Of a DNA stretch of 64,000 bases, positions 28,565 to 35,878 are shown piece by piece; the first letter of the stretch is position 1, and every line of letters begins with the position of its first letter. Source of the DNA: Candidatus Levyibacteriota bacterium (GTDB lineage: Bacteria > Patescibacteriota > Microgenomatia > Levybacterales > UBA12049); assembly GCA_030651475.1 (NCBI GenBank), contig JAUSEW010000002.1:19927-83926 (forward strand), given 5' to 3'. Under the pieces are notes generated by a model, which made no database searches, was not told the origin of the DNA, and worked only from the letters and a program-made list of their open reading frames with translations. The position numbers and the translations under genes were made by a program.

Positions 28565-28861
28565 TTAAATTTGAGTTAATGATCTTTTCCATCCTCCAAG
28601 CATCCTGCCAACTTCTTGGAGGAATTGTTCTAACTGTAGATATTTATTATTGTCAAGAGATTGAACATCTTTAGCCAGTCTGAGCAATATCTTTAAAAGA
28701 TCTAATGAGATGATAGCTTTTTCAAGATAAAGAAGCTTTTTGTCTTTCTGACTTGTTCCTGCCATAAGGATTAGTTCGAAAATTGTAAGCGTTAGACTAT
28801 CCAGCTTTTGTCCTAAAGTGTAGCGGTCTTTTTTGGGGAAAAGCTTCAGGTATCCATACAA
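28565..28861 (-). CDS. avd: accessory variability determinant (Avd), four-helix-bundle family
   Basis: C-terminal EVGRMLGGWKRS matches Bordetella phage Avd EVGRILGSWIAR, and FPKKDRYTLGQKL is the helix-2 signature. TTG start. The frame stays open upstream through the (AC)n tract. Confidence 0.75.
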   Translation of the reverse strand: MYGYLKLFPKKDRYTLGQKLDSLTLTIFELILMAGTSQKDKKLLYLEKAIISLDLLKILLRLAKDVQSLDNNKYLQLEQFLQEVGRMLGGWKRSLTQI

Positions 28862-28911
28862 TAATTTGTAGAAATCATAGAATCTTTGAATAAGAGGTAT
28901 GTCAAAGTCAG

Positions 28912-28932
28912 GTGTGTGTGTGTGTGTGTGTG
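28912..28932. repeat. (GT)10 dinucleotide microsatellite between divergent avd and RT
   Basis: GTGTGTGTGTGTGTGTGTGTG. Confidence 0.9.
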
Positions 28933-28947
28933 AATATCTTTATCTGT

Positions 28948-30012
28948 ATGCATATTGATACATTCGACGGTGCCGAGCACCGCTCAGTATCAACCCTGAG
29001 CGAAGTCGAACGGGTTGATTATTCCAAGCTTATCTCAATAGAAAATTTATTTCAAGCATGGAAAGAGTTTAGAAAAGGAAAAGCTAAGCGTTTTGATGTT
29101 GCGGAATTTGAAAGGAATTTAGAAGATAATTTATTTGAATTACATTTAAAATTGAAAAATAAAAGTTATAAACATGGAGGTTACGAATCATTTTATGTTC
29201 ACGACCCAAAACAGCGGCATATTCATAAAGCAAGTGTTATAGATAGGGTAGTTCATCATCTGCTTTACACCTTTTTGTATAAGTTGTTTGACAGAGTATT
29301 TATTTATGATTCCTATTCCTGCAGACTTAATAAAGGAACCCATAAAGGAGTAAAGAGATTAGCGGAACTTACAAGAAAAGTTTCTAAAAACTATACAAGA
29401 CCTTGTTTTGCTTTAAAATTAGATATTAAAAAGTTTTTTGCCAGCGTTGACCATGAAGTTTTACTTACCTTACTTAAGAAAAAGGTTAAAGATAAAGATA
29501 TTATTTGGTTGTTAGTACAGATAATCAATAGTTTTTACTCGGATAAAGGAGAAGGGAAAGGAATGCCTCTTGGCAATTTAACCAGTCAGGTTTTTGCCAA
29601 TATTTACCTCAATGAACTTGACCAGTTTACAAAACATAAGTTAAAAGTAAAATATTATCTTCGTTATGCAGATGATTTTCTGTTTTTATCAAAGAATAAA
29701 GAGTTATTGTGTAAATATATTGACGTATTAAGACAATTCCTGAGCAACGGACTTAAACTTGAACTTCATCCTAATAAGATTATCTTTCGTAAATTAGAAT
29801 GGGGAATTGATTTCTTAGGCTACATAGTTTTACCTCATTATATTTTGCCAAGGACAAAAACTAGAAAAAGGATTTTTAAAAAATTAAAGGAAAATGTTGG
29901 TTCAGAAAACTTTAATCAATCCTTGCAATCCTATTTAGGATATTTAGGGCATGCCAGCAGTTTTAAAATAGCCCAATCTCTACTTTACTTTTACCAAAAA
30001 TATAGCTTATGA
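28948..30012 (+). CDS. DGR reverse transcriptase
   Basis: N-terminus ENLFQAWKEFRKGK resembles Brt. GNLTSQVFANIYLNELD carries the DGR SQ motif. RYADDFLFL is the YxDD motif. Start could instead be GTG 28912. Confidence 0.85.
   Translation: MHIDTFDGAEHRSVSTLSEVERVDYSKLISIENLFQAWKEFRKGKAKRFDVAEFERNLEDNLFELHLKLKNKSYKHGGYESFYVHDPKQRHIHKASVIDRVVHHLLYTFLYKLFDRVFIYDSYSCRLNKGTHKGVKRLAELTRKVSKNYTRPCFALKLDIKKFFASVDHEVLLTLLKKKVKDKDIIWLLVQIINSFYSDKGEGKGMPLGNLTSQVFANIYLNELDQFTKHKLKVKYYLRYADDFLFLSKNKELLCKYIDVLRQFLSNGLKLELHPNKIIFRKLEWGIDFLGYIVLPHYILPRTKTRKRIFKKLKENVGSENFNQSLQSYLGYLGHASSFKIAQSLLYFYQKYSL
28990..29018. repeat. palindromic element (family 1, inverted orientation) within the RT 5' region
   Basis: TCAACCCTGAGCGAAGTCGAACGGGTTGA. 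Confidence 0.65.
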
Positions 30013-30019
30013 TGGATAT

Positions 30020-30700
30020 ATGAAGAGAGTTTCGATTTTCCTTTCAATAGTTTTCCTTCTTGTTTTGGGAGTTTTCGTCTACAAGCACAATACTGATAAC
30101 ACATGCGGGAATTCAATTTCCTGCGCCAAAAATCTTACGGGTAAATACGAAAATACGAATTCGGGGATATTTTTGGGCAGGAAAGTAAGTATTCCCAGCG
30201 AAGTCGCGGATAAGATCCTTGCAGGGGGAGTAAGGTCGGTTTTGGGCGATACAACTGTTCAGAAAAGAATTGAAGTTAATCTTAACACCCAGCATCTTTA
30301 CGCATTTGAGGGTAATGAAGTCGTTATGGATTTTCCCATATCATCCGGCAAATGGTATCCTACCCCAACAGGCACATTTCATATTTGGTCGAAATTTCGC
30401 TTCGTGCGCATGGAGGGCGGAAATCCGGCAGCTAATACGTATTATAATTTGCCCAACGTACCTTTTGTGATGTTTTATTACAATGACGACATCGTACAGT
30501 CCAGAGGCTTTAGTCTGCACGGAACCTATTGGCATAATAATTTCGGTCATCCGATGAGCCACGGGTGCGTAAATATGAGAACAGAAGATGCTCAAAGAGT
30601 TTATTATTGGTCTAATCCGCCTGTTTCGGAGAATTCCACTTTCGCCAAAAACAACGAAGGAACAGAAATTATTGTTTACGGACAAGCTCCGGAGGAATAA
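30020..30700 (+). CDS. L,D-transpeptidase (YkuD domain), signal-anchored
   Basis: HGT...SHGCVNM catalytic motif and N-terminal TM. Confidence 0.8.
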   Translation: MKRVSIFLSIVFLLVLGVFVYKHNTDNTCGNSISCAKNLTGKYENTNSGIFLGRKVSIPSEVADKILAGGVRSVLGDTTVQKRIEVNLNTQHLYAFEGNEVVMDFPISSGKWYPTPTGTFHIWSKFRFVRMEGGNPAANTYYNLPNVPFVMFYYNDDIVQSRGFSLHGTYWHNNFGHPMSHGCVNMRTEDAQRVYYWSNPPVSENSTFAKNNEGTEIIVYGQAPEE

Positions 30701-30704
30701 GTAT

Positions 30705-31316
30705 ATGGGTTTTGGAAAAAGTGAAATCAAGATAATAGTAGGCAGCATCGTATTTTTAATTCTTGCTGCGATTTCTTACAAATTGTATTTTGCCGGGCAA
30801 ACGTCTATATCTCAAAATCAAATACTACGGCCTTATCCAAGCCAAGTTCAGCCTTTGGCAGTTCATTCCGGAGACGGAACAGCACAGCTCATTATGCGCA
30901 AAGCCAGTCAAAAAGACGGTTCTGTTCTTTACTCATTTTTCACTGCCAATGCTTCAGGCAAAATTGAAAGAACCTTATTTACCAAAAATATTCCAACTTC
31001 AGACGCTATGGTAATTCCTGCCAATACTTGGTCTCCGGATAACAAATACGTGTTTTTGCGGGAAAATAATTCTAATTCTTTCAGCATATTCGTATTTAAG
31101 GCATCAGGTGAAACTTTCAGCAACAAAGAGCAATATCTTGATCTGACTTCACTTTTTGACCAACGGAATTTGCCTTATGCTGTGGCTGACGTAACGGGAT
31201 GGGATTCCGAAACGCTTTTGCATATGCATACAACTGCCAAGGAGAAAAACAGCAGAGGACCTTCGTATTGGTTCGACGTTACGGATCGGGCACTCCTCCA
31301 ACTCGCCAATCTCTGA
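30705..31316 (+). CDS. hypothetical membrane-anchored protein
   Basis: GGAGG SD precedes ATG at 30705. One N-terminal TM. Confidence 0.45.
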   Translation: MGFGKSEIKIIVGSIVFLILAAISYKLYFAGQTSISQNQILRPYPSQVQPLAVHSGDGTAQLIMRKASQKDGSVLYSFFTANASGKIERTLFTKNIPTSDAMVIPANTWSPDNKYVFLRENNSNSFSIFVFKASGETFSNKEQYLDLTSLFDQRNLPYAVADVTGWDSETLLHMHTTAKEKNSRGPSYWFDVTDRALLQLANL

Positions 31317-31420
31317 TAACTCGCATTGGGTTTTCCTATTGAGATAAAAAGTTCATAATTCTTTTAAGTGTGTTTTTTTGGCTATTGACAAAGTTATAGC
31401 TTTGTTATAACATGGTTATA

Positions 31421-31441
31421 ACCCTTCGATAAACTCAGGGT
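31421..31441. repeat. palindromic element (family 1) between promoter and antitoxin start
   Basis: ACCCTTCGATAAACTCAGGGT, preceded by TTGACA-17-TAACAT. Confidence 0.65.
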
Positions 31442-31447
31442 AAATAT

Positions 31448-31690
31448 ATGGAACAAACAGTAATGCAAGTTGGCAATTCTTTAGCAGTCACTTTACCCAA
31501 GCAATTTGTTGACGCTAAAAAAATAAAAGCAGGACAAAAAATGCTTGTGGATGCAGACAATGATCTCTCTGTGGTTCAAATAAGAACAAAGAATTCTAAA
31601 GCCTCCAAGATTACTCCCGAATTTAAGAACTGGCTTGACGCATTCAATACCCGCTACAAGACAGCGCTTACTGAGCTTGCAAAAAAGTGA
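31448..31690 (+). CDS. AbrB/MazE-family antitoxin
   Basis: VGNSLAVTLPK swapped-hairpin motif. Overlaps doc by 4 nt. Confidence 0.7.
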   Translation: MEQTVMQVGNSLAVTLPKQFVDAKKIKAGQKMLVDADNDLSVVQIRTKNSKASKITPEFKNWLDAFNTRYKTALTELAKK

Positions 31691-32079
31691 GACAGACTAA
31701 GCACCTTATCCTCGACGAAGTAATTGCGATACACGATAGCATGATCGAACAGTATGGAGGAAGTTTCGGAATTCGCGATATTGGACTACTTCAGTCAGCG
31801 ATTAGCAGGCCGCAGGCATCATTTGGGGGCGTTGATCTTTATCCAACTATATTTGATAAGGCTGCCGCTCTTTTTCATTCATTGATGTTCAACCATGCTT
31901 TCATGGATGGAAACAAGAGGACAACCATGACAACAACTGCCAGATTCCTTGCAATAAATGGTTACTTGGTTGTAGTAGAACAAAGAGAATTTGTAGATTT
32001 TCCTCTTCGAGTGGAGAATAAACACCTCTCTCTTGGGGAAATCGTCGCTTGGCTGAAGAAACATACAAAGAAGATGTAA
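31687..32079 (+). CDS. doc: Doc toxin (Fic-fold kinase)
   Basis: HAFMDGNKRT Doc motif, 130 aa. Confidence 0.8.
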   Translation: MRQTKHLILDEVIAIHDSMIEQYGGSFGIRDIGLLQSAISRPQASFGGVDLYPTIFDKAAALFHSLMFNHAFMDGNKRTTMTTTARFLAINGYLVVVEQREFVDFPLRVENKHLSLGEIVAWLKKHTKKM

Positions 32080-32092
32080 TTTGGGAGAGATA

Positions 32093-32107
32093 AAATTCCC
32101 CAAACCT
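32093..32107 (+). repeat. 3' motif AAAATTCCCCAAACC (copy 1 of 5)
   Basis: Starts 13 nt after the doc stop. Confidence 0.5.
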
Positions 32108-32161
32108 CACTAATTTGTCATATTTTTTGTTTTTAAGCGTGATTTTTGTTATAATAAATAT

Positions 32162-32641
32162 ATGGGTAAAGATACAGCTCCTGTCGTTGATGATTTTAAA
32201 GCTTACTCTGACTGGGTTAAGCTTCCTGAGGGAGCGTCCAATGAAAAGTTGACTAATTGGTTTGACCAGATTTTTGTTCAGTGGAGGCGTGATCCTGGAG
32301 ATTTTACTAGCAGCGGGTTGTTGAAAGCAATGAAGGAGTTGGGTCAAAAGGACTGGACATTTACGTTGACTTTGTTTAAAGGTCAGAATCGGAACGATGT
32401 ACCGGATGGAATAGAAACTGTAGCAAGAGAAGCTTATAAAGGTTCTAATGCTTACCATCACGATATTTCTGCTCGGGCAATCGGATTTGCTAACGCTGAC
32501 TCACAGTTGTTTTTAGGAGTATCCCAAGATCATTTGACGTTGAGTAGACGGAGAGCTGGTTTGATCAAAGCCTTCAAAGCAGATGAGGTTATTGGTCTCC
32601 GGGCGGTGGCGCCTAAAAAAGACGCGAGCAAAATAGGCTAA
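32162..32641 (+). CDS. hypothetical protein
   Basis: 159-aa ORF. Confidence 0.4.
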   Translation: MGKDTAPVVDDFKAYSDWVKLPEGASNEKLTNWFDQIFVQWRRDPGDFTSSGLLKAMKELGQKDWTFTLTLFKGQNRNDVPDGIETVAREAYKGSNAYHHDISARAIGFANADSQLFLGVSQDHLTLSRRRAGLIKAFKADEVIGLRAVAPKKDASKIG

Positions 32642-32690
32642 AAGGTTTCGTGCTCAACTTCTGGGGTCTGGCTTCGGAGTCAGATCTCAT

Positions 32691-32706
32691 AAAATTTCCC
32701 AAACCT
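32691..32706 (+). repeat. 3' motif AAAATTTCCCAAACC (copy 2)
   Basis: Downstream of 32162..32641. Confidence 0.45.
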
Positions 32707-32724
32707 CTTTGCATTTTCAAAATT

Positions 32725-33507
32725 CTACTTTAATCTTTTTATATCGTCTTCTGTTGGCAGACGAACTCCATGTATCCAGATTGGTTCTTTGCGTTCGTTG
32801 AGAATCTCTAACAATGCACTTTCATAGTCAGGAACAGAAAGAGATAGGGTTCTCGTAAGAAGTTTTCTTTTGATGCTTTGGGCAACTAGTCTAGTTCTAA
32901 TGTTTCTATCCGTTTGTATTTTTTGATTTTGATAATTAGCCCATACTGTTTGCGGAAAGATTAAATAAGAAAACCTATCGCTTGGCACTATATGTTCTTT
33001 TGGTTTTCCTATGGTTTCGAGACCTTCAAATCTTTCTTTTCTGGATGTAAATAAAAAGTGACTCGATTTTTTCATTAATTCATCCATAGTCTCATTAATT
33101 ACAATAAGAAATGAGGAGGATATTCTAGCTTCTAAAATTTCCTTTGCGCCGTTTTTATCCACCTCTTCTTGGGACCATGCGGGTAATTGATCAATTGGGT
33201 CAGGCTCTTTAAGACGATAGCTTGGCCTTTCTGTCATTACCGGCAGAACAGAAATATTCCTAAGATAAAGGGCATCTTCTAAATTGTTAGAAAAAGCTTG
33301 AAGGTTCTCATGCAAGTGCGGAGGGAAAATCAGTCTAAAAGATATAAAATCTTTAGGAGATAGATCTCCAGATCCAAAATATAATGAGCTTTCCCTTCGT
33401 AATCTACCAGCTGATTTAAGGCCATCTTTTAGTATGCTGTTAATAATCTCTGCCCGTTGTGCGGCAACTTCAGCTGTAGCATTAATCTTAGGCAATACTT
33501 CTGACAT
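32725..33507 (-). CDS. hypothetical protein
   Basis: 260-aa ORF. Confidence 0.4.
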   Translation of the reverse strand: MSEVLPKINATAEVAAQRAEIINSILKDGLKSAGRLRRESSLYFGSGDLSPKDFISFRLIFPPHLHENLQAFSNNLEDALYLRNISVLPVMTERPSYRLKEPDPIDQLPAWSQEEVDKNGAKEILEARISSSFLIVINETMDELMKKSSHFLFTSRKERFEGLETIGKPKEHIVPSDRFSYLIFPQTVWANYQNQKIQTDRNIRTRLVAQSIKRKLLTRTLSLSVPDYESALLEILNERKEPIWIHGVRLPTEDDIKRLK

Positions 33508-33615
33508 ATAATTTAAAGTCGCTAAATTGTATCAGTCTGATATTATACAATAAATTGCGTTTTTAATCTTGTTAAGGACGAAGTTTTAATAATTTTTCTG
33601 ATATAATGAGAGTTC

Positions 33616-35160
33616 ATGTTGTCCAATATATCAAATTCACAAAAAATAACTGTTATGATCGGGGTTATGCTTGCCATACTTTTGTCTGCGCTTGATCAGA
33701 CGATTGTGGCAACCGCAATGCCGCGAATTGTCAGCGAACTCAAAGGATTAGAACACTTCAGCTGGGTATTTACCGCCTATATGCTTGCCTCTACGGTAAC
33801 GGTGCCAATATACGGAAAACTGTCTGATATTTACGGAAGAAAATGGTTCTTTTTCGGAGGAATTGTCATTTTTATTTTGGGTTCAATCCTGTCAGGGCTA
33901 TCGCAAAATATGACGCAGCTTATTGTCTTTCGCGGTTTGCAGGGAATAGGCGGAGGGGCAATGATGGCAAATTCATTCGCTATTATCGGTGATTTATTTG
34001 TTCCGTCAGAACGGGGAAGATGGCAGGGAATGTTGGGAGGAATGTTTGGCTTGGCTTCTGTTATTGGCCCGACGCTTGGCGGATGGATTACGGATAATGC
34101 TTCATGGAGGTGGAATTTCTTTGTTAATATTCCTATAGGTATTTTAGCGCTTGCGGCAATCGGATTTTTGATGCCAAAAATTACTTCAGGTATAAAAGAA
34201 AGAAGCATTGATTATCTTGGCGCTCTCGCCTTAACGCTTGGATTGGTTCCGTTTCTTTTGGCTCTTGTTTGGGGAGGAAATCAGTATGCTTGGAGTTCTA
34301 TGATGGAAATTGGACTATTTATTATGTCGATGATATTTCTTACCCTTTTTGTTATTACAGAGCGGTTTGCCAAAGAGCCGATTATACCATTGGGACTTTT
34401 TAAAAATTCCATCTTTACTGTTTCAGTTATCATTACTTTTTTAACCGCCATGGGAATGTTTGGCGCCATACTATACATCCCTCTTTTTTCCCAAGTAGTT
34501 CTTGGATTAAGCGCTACGAATTCGGGCACAATTCTGACGCCTCTAATGTTTGCGTTGGTCATCGCAAGTATTATTTCCGGGCAAGTTATTTCCAAAACGG
34601 GAAAATATAAGCGGATAGCGATATTTGGTATGGCAATAGTTGTGGTAGGGATGTATTGGCTTTCAACAGTCACTTCTACGACTACTCAAGTGGAATTACT
34701 GATGCGGATGATTGCGTTGGGAGTTGGTTTGGGAATAACAATGCCTATTTTTACTATCGCCGTGCAGAATTCATTTGACAATTCTAAATTAGGAGTGGTT
34801 ACTGCTTCAACTCAAGTTGCCAGAAGCATTGGGGGAACAGTCGGAGTGGCGATATTTGGAAGCGTATTGAATAATGCTTTGACGGGGAAATTAGGCAATA
34901 TGGCAACCGATCCGTTCGTCCAAACATTATCCAAAGCAAATCCCAAGTTCGCAATTACGAATATTAGTGCGAATAATTTACAGGGATTTCTCGATGTCTT
35001 TACAGGAGCAATTACAGAGGTTTTTCTTCTCGGTACCATTCTTATGGGCGTAGCTTTTGTCGTCACATTTTTCTTAAAAGAAATACCGCTGCGAAAATCT
35101 CACAGCGTACGGCCAATTCTTGAGGAAGCGGGAATTGAAGTAGCAGTGGAAGAGGAATAA
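33616..35160 (+). CDS. MFS transporter, DHA2 (EmrB/QacA) family
   Basis: 14-TM topology with LDQTIVATAMP and GKLSDIYGRK motifs. Confidence 0.85.
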   Translation: MLSNISNSQKITVMIGVMLAILLSALDQTIVATAMPRIVSELKGLEHFSWVFTAYMLASTVTVPIYGKLSDIYGRKWFFFGGIVIFILGSILSGLSQNMTQLIVFRGLQGIGGGAMMANSFAIIGDLFVPSERGRWQGMLGGMFGLASVIGPTLGGWITDNASWRWNFFVNIPIGILALAAIGFLMPKITSGIKERSIDYLGALALTLGLVPFLLALVWGGNQYAWSSMMEIGLFIMSMIFLTLFVITERFAKEPIIPLGLFKNSIFTVSVIITFLTAMGMFGAILYIPLFSQVVLGLSATNSGTILTPLMFALVIASIISGQVISKTGKYKRIAIFGMAIVVVGMYWLSTVTSTTTQVELLMRMIALGVGLGITMPIFTIAVQNSFDNSKLGVVTASTQVARSIGGTVGVAIFGSVLNNALTGKLGNMATDPFVQTLSKANPKFAITNISANNLQGFLDVFTGAITEVFLLGTILMGVAFVVTFFLKEIPLRKSHSVRPILEEAGIEVAVEEE

Positions 35161-35161
35161 A

Positions 35162-35731
35162 TTATTCTTTGGGTTCAGGAGGAAGGAATTCTTCACCGCC
35201 ATTATCAGTTTTGTCAGCTTGTTGGGGGTATTCTTCAGGTTTAAGCCAATAAACATAAGGACATCCGGTTGCTTGGCGCGCAACTTTATCCCATCCCGAA
35301 GTACTGCATTTCTTCATCTTTTTGCCATTGGCGGTTGTATAAAGAACTAGTTTCTCTCCGCACTGGGGGCATTCTTCATCAAGCGGTTCTGTTGTACCGT
35401 TAATCCATTCGATGTAATCGCATCCGATGGCTTTTTTGGCTTCTTTATCCCAACTGCCACTGGAGCATTTTTTCATTTTCTTGCCAAAGCGGGTAACTGC
35501 CAAAATTAATTTACTGCCGCATTTGGGACATTTCTCGTCAAGCTCTTGAGGTTCAACCTCAAACCATTTGACATAATCGCATCCTTCATTCTTTCTGGTT
35601 TCGGGATTCCATGAGCCCTTAGAACATCTTTGAAGCTTGCGTCCTGTTTTGGTAATAGTTATTTCTGCAAGCGGAGAACCGCAATTAGGACACATTCCTT
35701 CTGGAGTTTTTTGTTCATTTGCTTTTGCCAT
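35162..35731 (-). CDS. triple zinc-ribbon protein (topoisomerase-type C4 zinc finger repeats)
   Basis: Three ~55-aa repeats CPxCGxKL..GKKMKKCS.GSWDK....GCDY..W. Confidence 0.6.
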   Translation of the reverse strand: MAKANEQKTPEGMCPNCGSPLAEITITKTGRKLQRCSKGSWNPETRKNEGCDYVKWFEVEPQELDEKCPKCGSKLILAVTRFGKKMKKCSSGSWDKEAKKAIGCDYIEWINGTTEPLDEECPQCGEKLVLYTTANGKKMKKCSTSGWDKVARQATGCPYVYWLKPEEYPQQADKTDNGGEEFLPPEPKE

Positions 35732-35878
35732 AGGTTTCTATAGTACTGTGTTTAAAAGAAATAAGTCAAGGAGCATATTACGAAACAATTTAGGAAAGTC
35801 ATAATTTTGTCAGGTAAATGTCAAGCCGCAGATTTTTTTTCGATTACACTTATTGTCGAGGGTAAATTTTACTAACAG

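Larger units (their letters stand above)
27324..30012 (+). mobile_element. diversity-generating retroelement (target-VR, TR, avd, RT)
   Basis: 127-bp VR/TR pair with adenine-specific mismatches, an Avd homolog and an RT with the SQ motif. Confidence 0.85.

Noticed and set aside
28244-28674. Plus-strand ORFs 28244..28492 and 28456..28674 listed in the six-frame track
   Set aside because: They overlap the DGR TR and the avd gene. The Asn-rich translation (NANFNSDGNLNVNWNLNPQNHNSN) is the TR read as protein. They are treated as non-coding template.
28912-30012. Reverse transcriptase ORF initially suggestive of a group II intron maturase
   Set aside because: It has no intron RNA domains (no domain V/VI hairpin) and no maturase or endonuclease tail. 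It carries the DGR-specific GNLTSQ motif and sits next to a TR/VR pair and an Avd. It is therefore a DGR RT, not an intron.
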